From: Patescibacteria group bacterium
Lineage (GTDB): Bacteria > Patescibacteriota > Minisyncoccia > Phycocordibacterales > Phycocordibacteraceae
Reading direction: 5' to 3'
DNA: 64,000 bases
NCBI GenBank assembly: GCA_004322365.1
Contig: SCTS01000002.1
Location: forward strand, 12,993-76,992
Part shown: positions 29,210 through 38,998 of the stretch, piece after piece
How positions within the stretch are numbered: position 1 is the first letter of the stretch
Layout of the letters: each line of letters starts with the position of its first letter
Position numbers and translations under genes: made by a program
Notes under the pieces: generated by a model
Seen by the model: the letters and a program-made list of their open reading frames with translations, nothing else
Told to the model about the DNA's origin: nothing
Databases searched by the model: none

Positions 29210-30189
29210 AGTAGTTTACGAATAGCTGTAGCAATCTTCATTGAATCATGGCGAATGAAGCTTCTCGGAACCGTATCACCCGCAACCTTTTCAGCCACAA
29301 TCACATCAGCAAATGATCCGCGAATTATTGACGCATCCTGCGGTAAATCATCCACAATAGGAAATTCATTCTCTTTCTTATAAAGCTCCAAGACATCATC
29401 AGGAAATGCGCCAACATGCATGATAATCGTATCGGGTCGTCTTCCTACATACCTCGTTATCTCTTCAATATGATGTGATGCAGTGTAATTGTCTGTCTGT
29501 CCTGCTTTCGTAAATAAATTCACAATGTATACAAGGTGCGCCTTTGCCCCCGTGACAGCTTCAGTAAGACCTGAAACAGTAAAATTTGCTACAGTTGAAG
29601 TAAATAAATCTCCAGGTCCTAAAATAAGTACATCGGCTTCGGCAACTGCCTCGAGTGCATCTGGTGAAACTGCGACAGATTCTTTTGTCTCAAGCGAAAC
29701 TATTGGTGATCGTCCTGATATTCTCTCATCAATGAGATGTTCGCCAGTAATTTTTTCTCCATTCTCAAGATGAGCAACGAGAGTTGCGGGTCGATCTGAA
29801 ACTGGCACCACACGCCCATCAACACGAAGTATCTTCGATGCAGCTTCTATAGCAAGAGCATCTGACCCAAGAATGTCAGTAAGTGCAATCAAAAAAAGAT
29901 TTCCAAAATTATGTCCGTTGATATCGCCTTTTGGGAATCGGTAATCAAACAAAGAGCGCATGAGTGGAGCGCCCGTATCATCAGCAAGAGCAATCAACGC
30001 TTGTCTTGCATCTCCTAACGGAAGAAAACCATACCCATCACGAAGACGGCCAGTAGAACCTCCATCATCAGCAACTGAAACTATTGCTTTCAGACACACA
30101 CCTTCGACATGCTTCAAGCCTGACAAAACAACAAAAGTGCCAGTGCCGCCACCAATAGTCACAATATTCTTTCGAGGTAAATCTCCCAT
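29206..30189 (-). CDS. YvcK/GlmR (CofD-like, UPF0052) protein, paralog 1
   Basis: GGGTG, DDGGSTGRLR, GHNFGNL, GPGDLFTS, RHD. Confidence 0.9.
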   Translation of the reverse strand: MGDLPRKNIVTIGGGTGTFVVLSGLKHVEGVCLKAIVSVADDGGSTGRLRDGYGFLPLGDARQALIALADDTGAPLMRSLFDYRFPKGDINGHNFGNLFLIALTDILGSDALAIEAASKILRVDGRVVPVSDRPATLVAHLENGEKITGEHLIDERISGRSPIVSLETKESVAVSPDALEAVAEADVLILGPGDLFTSTVANFTVSGLTEAVTGAKAHLVYIVNLFTKAGQTDNYTASHHIEEITRYVGRRPDTIIMHVGAFPDDVLELYKKENEFPIVDDLPQDASIIRGSFADVIVAEKVAGDTVPRSFIRHDSMKIATAIRKLL

Positions 30190-30201
30190 AGTGAAATACT
30201 T

Positions 30202-31035
30202 CTATTGCGGTCCGTGTACGCCCTCCAAAAGATCTGGATCCTTCCCCGTACTTTTGAGAAGTTGAATATTTTTTTCTTGGAGATGTTTCAATGCCCCCGC
30301 ACCAATGTTGTCATCAACATGTAATGAATAAAAATCATTAAATGCAGAAAGATCCTTTATAAGACAATACCCACCTGCGCCACGACCACCTTCAAAATTC
30401 ACTGTGAGATGGGTTTTCCCAATACGCGGATCAGCGCCAAAAGCATCCTTTACTTTTTCGTAGTCAGCGCCAATAGAGTTGGATAAATCAAAAAGCATAT
30501 TTGCAAACACCACTTTCATTGCAAGAAAAACATTGCCTGCGTACTTCACAAGCTCACTTTCCTTTGATGTAACAATCGTTTGAAATGGCGACTTTGGAAA
30601 TGTCGCAAGGACTGCCTCTGCTGCTGCTCGGTGTTCTGGAGTGTCTTTTGGTATACCAACAATATTCCTGTCAGGATTCTGAACATCCGCATCAGCTGAG
30701 CGTGCACGCAAGAATTCTGGGGAATGAAGTATGACTCTGTCAGGATACATCTCCTGAATCTTCTCAGTCGTACCGGGCAACAAAGTCGACTTAATGACTA
30801 CAATTTTTCCTACTCCGACGAGATCCATAACTCCTTCAACGATAGACGAGTCAAATCCTTCAGGTGTTGTGGGTGTTGGTACTGCAATAATAACAACGTC
30901 ACATTCTAGAATTGCATCTTTATTGCCGATATACGCAGGCTCTTTTGAATACCGCACTACTGAAAAGCCTCGACGCTCATAATCGTCGGCATACGCCTTT
31001 CCAATGAATCCTTGTCCGATAAAACCAATTTTCAT
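30202..31035 (-). CDS. ugd: UDP-glucose/GDP-mannose dehydrogenase family protein, short form
   Basis: GFIGQGFIG, AVPTP, KSTLLPGTT, SPEFL, K...N.FLA.K, GAGGYCLIKD; ends without the C-terminal domain. Confidence 0.8.
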   Translation of the reverse strand: MKIGFIGQGFIGKAYADDYERRGFSVVRYSKEPAYIGNKDAILECDVVIIAVPTPTTPEGFDSSIVEGVMDLVGVGKIVVIKSTLLPGTTEKIQEMYPDRVILHSPEFLRARSADADVQNPDRNIVGIPKDTPEHRAAAEAVLATFPKSPFQTIVTSKESELVKYAGNVFLAMKVVFANMLFDLSNSIGADYEKVKDAFGADPRIGKTHLTVNFEGGRGAGGYCLIKDLSAFNDFYSLHVDDNIGAGALKHLQEKNIQLLKSTGKDPDLLEGVHGPQ

Positions 31036-31083
31036 AGAGTTCTGCACTGAATAGTACTAAAATAAACGCCTTTAAGCGATGCT

Positions 31084-32160
31084 TTATATAGAACACCTCG
31101 AGAGTGCCCTTTGGTAACAGAGGAGATACTCTTCCATAGACATACTATGATGACGGGCAGACTCAAGAGCCTGAGCGCCCAAACGCATGCGGATCTCCTT
31201 GTCTTCAATGAGGCGCTTCATAGCGACTGCAATTGCCGAGCTAGTTCCCGAGACTACCAAGGCTTCCTTTTTATCCTCGAACACTTCGCCAACAATCCCA
31301 ACATCAGTTGTAATTATTGCCAACCCAGAGAGCCCTGCTTCTATAAGAGATACTCCGTACCCCTCAAATCGAGACGCCTGAACAAACACATCTGCACTTT
31401 CATAGTATTGCGCAGGATCTTGCCATCCCACAAAACGAACCCTCTCCCCTAACCCTAAACGCTTTACCCTAAACTCTAAACTTTTCTTCAGCGGTCCATC
31501 ACCGACAATGGTGAGCTCAGCATCAGGAGTAAGAGCGACGGCATCAATAATTAAATGAACTCGTTTTTCACTCGTCAGTCTAGAAACTGATAGGAATTTC
31601 AAAGAACCAATGTTGGACCTCGTAGGTCCAACGTCTGAAGTGTATTCAGTATGTATAGGAAGCACTGTCACAGGCACCTTTGTAACTTTGCGGACACTTT
31701 TTAGAACACGCTCTGAAACAACACGGATGCAGGTAGCACGACCTAAAATAAAAATAGCGAGCAATGCCTCAATAACACGGCGAGGTGATTCCGTAAGAAA
31801 ACCGAGAGAAAAACAATCGGTATGGAGTTGTACTTGAAATGGAATATGGCGAGCTTTCGCAATACCGTATCCCAATACACCAATGAAAAAAGGATCTTGT
31901 GCTGACACGATGTCATATGCTTTCTCTTTAGTGAGCGCACGAAGAGTTCTTTGCATATTTAAAAAACTTGAAAATCTATTTGTACCTCCAGCAGTCACCG
32001 CTCGAACATTCGGTGCAAGTGTTATTTCTTGAGGCACTCCAACTCCAGCCACAACAATCAATAATTCATCAACAATACTGCCGTAAAGAGCCATGCGATT
32101 TGCTACGCGTGAACCTGCATCAAAAATCTTTACATCACTTGAAAGCATCAAGAGGTGCAT
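31084..32160 (-). CDS. GT4 glycosyltransferase
   Basis: VSRL..EK, VGDGP, FEGYGVSLIEA. Confidence 0.9.
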   Translation of the reverse strand: MHLLMLSSDVKIFDAGSRVANRMALYGSIVDELLIVVAGVGVPQEITLAPNVRAVTAGGTNRFSSFLNMQRTLRALTKEKAYDIVSAQDPFFIGVLGYGIAKARHIPFQVQLHTDCFSLGFLTESPRRVIEALLAIFILGRATCIRVVSERVLKSVRKVTKVPVTVLPIHTEYTSDVGPTRSNIGSLKFLSVSRLTSEKRVHLIIDAVALTPDAELTIVGDGPLKKSLEFRVKRLGLGERVRFVGWQDPAQYYESADVFVQASRFEGYGVSLIEAGLSGLAIITTDVGIVGEVFEDKKEALVVSGTSSAIAVAMKRLIEDKEIRMRLGAQALESARHHSMSMEEYLLCYQRALSRCSI

Positions 32161-32161
32161 A

Positions 32162-33277
32162 TCAGTGTGTGTTCATCCCTTTTAGAAGCTTAGCGATTTC
32201 ATCAATCATGCGCTCATTAGAAAATTGCTTAACGCGCCGTTTCGCTGAAGCAACGAGATTGGCACGAAGTGTTGCGTCTCCCAAAAGAGCATTTGTATGG
32301 TTCATGATTGCATCCGCATCGTTTGCCTTCACAAGGTAGCCATTTTTTGCATGATCAACAATTTCCACATTGCCACCAACTTTGGTAGTAATAATAGGCA
32401 CGCCAATTGCCATTGCCTCCAAAATGAGATGCGAAAATCCTTCGTATGCAGTATTGAGAATAAACACATCAGACGCACGAAGATAGCGTATGAGAATATC
32501 TCGCTCTAAAGAGCCTGCGAAGATAACGTCATTCTCAACACCTGTTTCAACAGCAAGACGCTCGAGCATGCCTGCATCAGGACCTGAACCAATGATAAGC
32601 AGTTTTGTTTCTGGAAAAGATTTTTGAATTTTTGGAAGCAGACGAATGAGTGTGTCGAAACCTTTCCATGGCACCAACCTTCCCACTGATACAAGAAGTT
32701 TTCCATGAAACCTCAAGAGTCCACGAAGCACTGTTTTATTGCCAGTGTCTCCTAAGTCTTCAATGCCGTTGTATATAACTGAAACTTTTTTATGAGAGAG
32801 ATTCCATGCTCCAAGAATTTTTGCTAAATACTTTGACGGCACCACCACTCTGTCAGCACGACTTGCAACAGCACGCTCAACAAAGCGAAACATCTTAGGG
32901 ATTAGTGGAAGCGTAGCGTATTGAAATGATTCAAGGGTGCCAGTGTAACCAAAGCGTTGTGTCGCCTGCTCCCATGCGTAGTCACCAACAACTTTCAATA
33001 CAAAAGTTTTTTTCATGAAAAACGAAGCAATCATCGTCGGCACGCCGACAGACATTGGGTCTTGCGCATAAAGAATGTCAGCACGACGACCCTCCTTAAG
33101 TATGAGGAAAAAATACACTATATGGCGTATGAATTTCGGAAAACGACGGACTTTTATGAACGGCAAAACAATCACCTCAATTCCATACTGAGGAAGCGCC
33201 ACTTCAAGTTTCCTTGAATAGGTTGCGGGTCCGCCAATCTCGGGCGGGTAGAGTCCTGTCGCAATAAGGACTTTCAT
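32162..33277 (-). CDS. GT4 glycosyltransferase
   Basis: YPPEIGGPATY, GRLVPWKG, YEGFSHLILEAM. Confidence 0.92.
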   Translation of the reverse strand: MKVLIATGLYPPEIGGPATYSRKLEVALPQYGIEVIVLPFIKVRRFPKFIRHIVYFFLILKEGRRADILYAQDPMSVGVPTMIASFFMKKTFVLKVVGDYAWEQATQRFGYTGTLESFQYATLPLIPKMFRFVERAVASRADRVVVPSKYLAKILGAWNLSHKKVSVIYNGIEDLGDTGNKTVLRGLLRFHGKLLVSVGRLVPWKGFDTLIRLLPKIQKSFPETKLLIIGSGPDAGMLERLAVETGVENDVIFAGSLERDILIRYLRASDVFILNTAYEGFSHLILEAMAIGVPIITTKVGGNVEIVDHAKNGYLVKANDADAIMNHTNALLGDATLRANLVASAKRRVKQFSNERMIDEIAKLLKGMNTH

Positions 33278-33337
33278 GAGTGCACTATATCAAAATCAGC
33301 AACTTCGCGTCGTTAATTGACGAAACATGAATACCGC

Positions 33338-34285
33338 TCAAAAACTGAGACCCTGAGGACGTATAGGGTTCTCTTTTCTGAGAGTAATCAACTCACGAAT
33401 ACCCGTCTGCAAAGAAACACGAGGTGCATAGCCAAGAATGGTGGAAATTTTAGAAAGATCTGCCTGCTGATTCTGAATATAGCCTGACGGAATTGGATTT
33501 TCTATAAATGTCGCTGGTATAGCCACCTCACGCTCCGCATTAATGATGTCTACAAGGTCACGCACACTCACTGCCTCACTTGTACCAACATTGAAAATCT
33601 CAAACCCAGAAATATCCGCCGTGATGGCAAGTTCGAACGCGGAGACAAGATCATGAACGCTCGTAAAATCGCGTGTCTGTGTACCGTCACCATAAATGAC
33701 CGGCGACTTCCCTTCTTCCATTCCCCAAATAAATTGCGATACCAAATTTGCAAAAGCCCCCTTATGTTCTTCATGGGGTCCGTACACACTCATAAAACGA
33801 AACGCGACTATGGGCATACCATGGAGTGCGCTAAAAACTCTTGAGATATTTTCTTGTGCATACTTACTCACCGCATAGAAATTAGTCGGTATAACCTCTT
33901 GTGTTTCTTTGAGTGGAACCGGATTATTAGCGTACACCGATGAAGTTGAGGCAAAAAGAACTTTTTTTGCTTTCACTGCCACTGCGTACTCAAGAACGGC
34001 AATGTGCCCCAATATGTTATTAGACAGAGCTCCAGATAAATCAACAGTAAACATTGGTGATGAAGAAGACGCGGCGAGATGGATAATGATGTCTGGAGCA
34101 TCTGCTTTTTTTAAAACGGACATATCTCGCACATCACCCTCAATACAGAGAATGCCGGGCTCAAGATTTTCTGGAACGCCGAGCGAAAAATTATCTATAA
34201 CGGTAACGCTATGACCTTGCTGAGAAAAAGTATTCGCCGCATTACTGCCGATAAACCCAGCGCCACCAGTGATAAGTATTTTCAT
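33338..34285 (-). CDS. NAD-dependent sugar epimerase/dehydratase
   Basis: TGGAGFIGS, YAVSK, VYGP, GDGTQTRDF. Confidence 0.9.
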   Translation of the reverse strand: MKILITGGAGFIGSNAANTFSQQGHSVTVIDNFSLGVPENLEPGILCIEGDVRDMSVLKKADAPDIIIHLAASSSSPMFTVDLSGALSNNILGHIAVLEYAVAVKAKKVLFASTSSVYANNPVPLKETQEVIPTNFYAVSKYAQENISRVFSALHGMPIVAFRFMSVYGPHEEHKGAFANLVSQFIWGMEEGKSPVIYGDGTQTRDFTSVHDLVSAFELAITADISGFEIFNVGTSEAVSVRDLVDIINAEREVAIPATFIENPIPSGYIQNQQADLSKISTILGYAPRVSLQTGIRELITLRKENPIRPQGLSF

Positions 34286-34294
34286 GATTAATTT

Positions 34295-35389
34295 TTATGA
34301 AAGGTGTGGCTCGTTTTCAAGAAGCCGTTGCAATGTGGGCTTTATATCCTGACTTCTATTTTTAGACATAATCAAGACCGCGTCTTCAGTTTCTACCACA
34401 ATAAGATTATCAACCCCAATAGCAACGATTGGTCTATGGGTACTTATGAGGAGAGTATTTTTACTTTCATGCTCAACCACTTTCCCTGCAGTATGAAGAC
34501 CCTTCTTTCTTTTCTGAGTGAGAATACTGTGTACGGCTTCCCAATCACCGATATCAGACCAATCGACAGAAGACGGAATAACAATGAGTCGTGCAGTCTT
34601 TTCAGTAATCAAGTACTCAAACGACTGTTTTGATAGTTTCTTAAAATACACTCCTGCACTTTTTGATTTATCTGCGAGAGCCCCTACAAGAAGATGAATA
34701 TTTTCTTTATATTCTTTTTTCGATTTCTTCAGCATCTCCAAAAGATTTTTTGCGTTTGTGATTTTATAGCCGGTATTCCATAAGTAACGCCCAGAAGCGA
34801 TGAACTTCAATGCGTGCTTTGTGTCAGGCTTCTCAACAAAAGATTCAACACGGTACAGCGGTGCCCGAAATCCTTTGATTGGCTTCGCATCATTAAAACG
34901 TATATATCCTAAACCTGTGTGAGGTGAAAGTGGTCGTACTCCTATCATCACAATATCCTCAGGAAACTGCCGTGCTGCATCAAAACCCAACGCAACAGAG
35001 TCATGAAAAATCTTCGGAGTATCGATGAGATGGTCTGAGTTAAAAATTCCTACAGTAGCATCTTTATCTTTTGCATAAATCACCGCCGCAGCAAACGCAA
35101 ACGCTGGTGCGGTATCACGAGCTTCAGGTTCAATGATTATGTTCTTCTTCGCAATATCTGGCTCCTGCTCCTGTATATACGATAAATATTCTGCAGGAAT
35201 TTGTACAAAAATCTTCTCTGGGGCGAATGACAGCAAGAGCTGTTTGTACATGAGCTGAAAAAGCGTTTTCTCTCCAACGAAGCGTTGAAACTGCTTCGGT
35301 TTATTTTTTCGACTCAAAGGCCAAAGTCGTGTTCCGCTACCGCCAGCCATGATGACTGCGTAGTCATGAGAGTTTTTTGTTTTTTTCAT
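34295..35389 (-). CDS. manC: Mannose-1-phosphate guanylyltransferase
   Basis: IMAGGSGTRLWPLSR..PKQF, EP..RDTAPA, SDH, FVEKP, WSDIGDW. Confidence 0.92.
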   Translation of the reverse strand: MKKTKNSHDYAVIMAGGSGTRLWPLSRKNKPKQFQRFVGEKTLFQLMYKQLLLSFAPEKIFVQIPAEYLSYIQEQEPDIAKKNIIIEPEARDTAPAFAFAAAVIYAKDKDATVGIFNSDHLIDTPKIFHDSVALGFDAARQFPEDIVMIGVRPLSPHTGLGYIRFNDAKPIKGFRAPLYRVESFVEKPDTKHALKFIASGRYLWNTGYKITNAKNLLEMLKKSKKEYKENIHLLVGALADKSKSAGVYFKKLSKQSFEYLITEKTARLIVIPSSVDWSDIGDWEAVHSILTQKRKKGLHTAGKVVEHESKNTLLISTHRPIVAIGVDNLIVVETEDAVLIMSKNRSQDIKPTLQRLLENEPHLS

Positions 35390-35435
35390 AAAAATACTCG
35401 AGGAGTATGAAGTGTAGCAGAATCAGAAAAATGGC

Positions 35436-36638
35436 TCAAAATATACTGAACACCCTTTCTCGCATATCTTTGGCAATGTGATTCCAGTCATATCCTTTCT
35501 CGGTAAGTGCCTCTGCATTCTGTACCACTACAGCTACGGCTTCAGGGTGCGCCAATATATGCTTCACCGTTTCAGCTATCTGCTTAGGGCTGTCAGCGTC
35601 AACCGCAAAACCGGTTGGTGCTTTATCTGGATTGCGCACCGAGTCAAAGAGAAAATCAGCAATACCTCCTTCTTGGGTTGCAATCACAGGGATGCCACTA
35701 GCAAAAGCCTCTATAAATGAATTTCCCATACCCTCCGAGCGTGAAGGTCGAATGAATATGTCGGACACATGAAGATACTTCGGGATATCCCCGTAGGTAA
35801 CATGACCAAGAAACAGCACCCTAGTTTGTAACTTGGAGTTTGTAACTTGGAGTTTGAGCTTCTCTTCATCCGGACCAGTGCCGAGAATAAGAAATTTTAT
35901 ATTTTCAGGGAGAAGTGAGAGTGCATGAATAACATCATCAATTGCATTTTTATGAACGAGTCGTGATGCAGTAATGAGAAAAATATCATCCTTCCCTTTA
36001 TGGAGTTTTTCTTTAAGAGCAATGAGTTCCAACACAGGAACTTCCTTTGAAAACGCCACCGTGTTAACACCATTTGGAATTACTATCGGCTCGCCTGCAT
36101 AGCCCATTCGTTTTGCCCACGCCCCAAGAAAAGTGGAAATAACCTGCACCCTATCTGCACCTGTAAAAGCATATTTAAATAGAGGCCACGCTGGCAATGC
36201 AAGTCGTTCAATATATTTTGGCGGATCTCCCTCTTGAAGAGTAAGAACATATTTAACTGAAGGCTTAAGGAGTTTAAATATCCCTACTGCAATACCCACT
36301 GAATGCGCCATCATCCCCCATATCCCGTCGTAGCGGTATTTCTTATGAAGAGTAAGTGCGTAGAAAGGTGCGAGGCCTTGGAAAAGAAATTTATTTAAAG
36401 CAAGCGGAAACTTCTTTAAATCAGCCATTGACGGGTTGTTGGTAACAAACCCAATGCGGTGCACCAACACATTTCCTACCTGCTCCACTTTTGGTAGAGC
36501 CGAATCAAAACGAAGCGTCACCATATGAAACTCAATGTCTGTGCAGGCTACACGGTCGGTAATATCTTTAATGGCAACCTCAGCGCCCCCTATATATTTT
36601 GGATAGTATGCGAGAGAAAAAATGAGAACTCGTTTCAT
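35436..36638 (-). CDS. GT4 glycosyltransferase
   Basis: GGAE, SRLVHKN, PSRSEGMGNSFIEA. Confidence 0.92.
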   Translation of the reverse strand: MKRVLIFSLAYYPKYIGGAEVAIKDITDRVACTDIEFHMVTLRFDSALPKVEQVGNVLVHRIGFVTNNPSMADLKKFPLALNKFLFQGLAPFYALTLHKKYRYDGIWGMMAHSVGIAVGIFKLLKPSVKYVLTLQEGDPPKYIERLALPAWPLFKYAFTGADRVQVISTFLGAWAKRMGYAGEPIVIPNGVNTVAFSKEVPVLELIALKEKLHKGKDDIFLITASRLVHKNAIDDVIHALSLLPENIKFLILGTGPDEEKLKLQVTNSKLQTRVLFLGHVTYGDIPKYLHVSDIFIRPSRSEGMGNSFIEAFASGIPVIATQEGGIADFLFDSVRNPDKAPTGFAVDADSPKQIAETVKHILAHPEAVAVVVQNAEALTEKGYDWNHIAKDMRERVFSIF

Positions 36639-37504
36639 TTCTTTCCTGTTACTTCATGAATGTACTCTGCCACACCTTTAGTCGGATTCCATCCCAGTGC
36701 CTGAGCCTTAGAAATATCAATAGCGGAACTGAGTCGGTTTCCTGCTCGCTCTGGCAACATCTCTATTTCGCCACCAAACATCTGTGCGATTTCGAGGACT
36801 GAATACTCTTGCGTATCTCCGAGCCCATAGTTATCGCCCTCACCTTTTTCACCAACCAGCGCCAGACCAGCAACAATGTCGCCAACATACGTGAAATTAC
36901 GCTTCTGTGTTCCCGGTGTCACCACACCGAGCACTTCTCCTTTCAAATGCTTCTGTCGAAATATTTCAATGAGCGTCCCGTATGCTCCGGAGCGCTCTCG
37001 AGGACCGTACACATTGTAGAAATAAGTAACTGCATACGACAGCCCGTACCACTCACCATAATTTTTTACGAGCTCAGTGTTCGCTGCCTTTGTCCACGCA
37101 TACGGAGTAGCCGTGCGACTCAAACCTCCATCACCAAACTTTGTTGAGGAACCCGCGTAGACTATTTTGCATTTTCGTTTTCTCCAAAACTCCAACACCC
37201 CAAAAGTACCGAGGGTATTCAAGTCAAACACCAACTCTGGTTCAGCGAGACTTATTTCCACGCGCGAATATTCACCAAGATGGTAGATGAGATCGATGTG
37301 CTCAGGAACAAACTTCTCAATGTCTTTCGTGTGTCCTTCTCGGTAATCCACCCCCGCAACATGGTTATCCTTTGAGCCAGCAAAATAGTTATCGAGCGAG
37401 ATGACCGTATGGCCATCTTTTACCAACCTCTCGCACAAGTGCGAACCTACAAGCCCAGCTCCGCCAGTGACTAAAATAGTTTTCTTTCCTGAGTCTTGAG
37501 CCAT
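36635..37504 (-). CDS. NAD-dependent sugar epimerase/dehydratase
   Basis: LVTGGAGLVGSHL, PYAWTK, FYNVYGPRE. Confidence 0.88.
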   Translation of the reverse strand: MAQDSGKKTILVTGGAGLVGSHLCERLVKDGHTVISLDNYFAGSKDNHVAGVDYREGHTKDIEKFVPEHIDLIYHLGEYSRVEISLAEPELVFDLNTLGTFGVLEFWRKRKCKIVYAGSSTKFGDGGLSRTATPYAWTKAANTELVKNYGEWYGLSYAVTYFYNVYGPRERSGAYGTLIEIFRQKHLKGEVLGVVTPGTQKRNFTYVGDIVAGLALVGEKGEGDNYGLGDTQEYSVLEIAQMFGGEIEMLPERAGNRLSSAIDISKAQALGWNPTKGVAEYIHEVTGKK

Positions 37505-37522
37505 GAATGTTGTTTTTTGATT

Positions 37523-38956
37523 CTACTCCTCCTCAATGATTGTATAGCCTGTTGTCGTACCTTTGCTACCCCGAATAAGTAACACGGCACCCACCGCTAT
37601 TCCAATGACCGCAAGAAGCCCTACAATCCAAGGAAGCATACCAAATGAAGCGAGTTCTGGCATTGAGGTTGAGCTAAGAGCAGTAATAGGTGCGGCGAGT
37701 AGATTTGAGGATGAGTTAGACGCACGCACCGTGTTTGAAGATTGCGCCTTGTTCGGTGAGGATGCTTGCGGGTATGACTGCGCTACCCCAGCTGTTTTTC
37801 GCGCCACAATTAACTCTGTCCCGTACGCAGCGGCAAGTGTGCCGTTTGGATACAGCAATGTCACCGCACGCGGCGAGGATGGCGCAAGTCCTGTCGCGAT
37901 ATTCGATATCGCAACAGATTCATGAGGAAACAAAATAGTATTCGCGGGAAATCTAAATATTTGACCATCGGCAGTTAGTTGCCATAAACCTAAGTTAAGT
38001 TCGATGTTGGAACTATTCGTAATTTCCACAAAATCAGAATTGACTTCGGAAACTGACACCTGCGCAGGTACAACTGTCACAATAAGTCGTGTAGTCGCAC
38101 TATATATTTCTGATGATGCATCAAGTATCACCACATACCTCCCTGGATATGGAAACGCATACAAAACCGAACGACCTTCACGACTCTCACCATTACCAAA
38201 ATTCCAAACCAAACGGGCGTTGGTAATGGCCTCCCCTTTCAAACCCTGCACACGCCCCTCGAATATAGTCCCCGCACTCGCAACCACCACCCTGTCTCCC
38301 CCAGCAGACACGCTAATCTTTGGTTCAATGAAATATGAGCCCCCGGAGTTTGATGAGGTGCTTGATGCACTGCTCGAACCAGAGGTCTCCGTACTAGTAC
38401 TTCCACCACCTGAAGTGCTAGGTGAACTACCACCACTAATCGCAGAGCCCGGTGTAGGCGAAGATGCCGTAAACGAAGATCCTACTTTCTGAAGCGAATT
38501 ACCATCACCGTTCGCACCTAGTGCAGGGCTATAGGTAATCGAATCAATATCAACCAAGGAATCATTTCGTAGTATCAGTACCTCGCCATTTGTATTATTT
38601 AATCCGCCTGAAAAAACAGTATCAAAAATTTGGCCAGAAAAGCTCGGCCAATCAGCAAGAAATTTTGAAGGATTATCTACCAAAACCACATACCCTCCTG
38701 TGGCTAGATTAGAACCTCCTGCATATGCGCTAATGCCATGATTTGTTCCGCCCTCAAATAACTTCCATTTTGAAAGATCAAAAGATGCGCCAGAGTTATA
38801 TACCTCCACCCATTCATGTCCATCATCCGCCCCACTCGGGTCGTACATAACCTCCGATATAGAAACGGAAGCGAAAGAATACAGAGGGGGAAAAGAAAAA
38901 AGAAATACTAAAATTAAGAAGGAATATTTACAGTGCGTATGCAGGCTCTGCGTCAT
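37523..38956 (-). CDS. Secreted, membrane-anchored lamin-tail-domain protein with PKD-like domain
   Basis: Signal peptide; ISEVMYDP...EWVEVYN (LTD); Ser/Thr linker; WNFGNG...Y.YPGRY (PKD); second LTD; C-terminal TM. Confidence 0.82.
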   Translation of the reverse strand: MTQSLHTHCKYSFLILVFLFSFPPLYSFASVSISEVMYDPSGADDGHEWVEVYNSGASFDLSKWKLFEGGTNHGISAYAGGSNLATGGYVVLVDNPSKFLADWPSFSGQIFDTVFSGGLNNTNGEVLILRNDSLVDIDSITYSPALGANGDGNSLQKVGSSFTASSPTPGSAISGGSSPSTSGGGSTSTETSGSSSASSTSSNSGGSYFIEPKISVSAGGDRVVVASAGTIFEGRVQGLKGEAITNARLVWNFGNGESREGRSVLYAFPYPGRYVVILDASSEIYSATTRLIVTVVPAQVSVSEVNSDFVEITNSSNIELNLGLWQLTADGQIFRFPANTILFPHESVAISNIATGLAPSSPRAVTLLYPNGTLAAAYGTELIVARKTAGVAQSYPQASSPNKAQSSNTVRASNSSSNLLAAPITALSSTSMPELASFGMLPWIVGLLAVIGIAVGAVLLIRGSKGTTTGYTIIEEE

Positions 38957-38998
38957 ACCTGGTAGTTTTTTATAACTACATAGTACAGCCTTTAAAAG

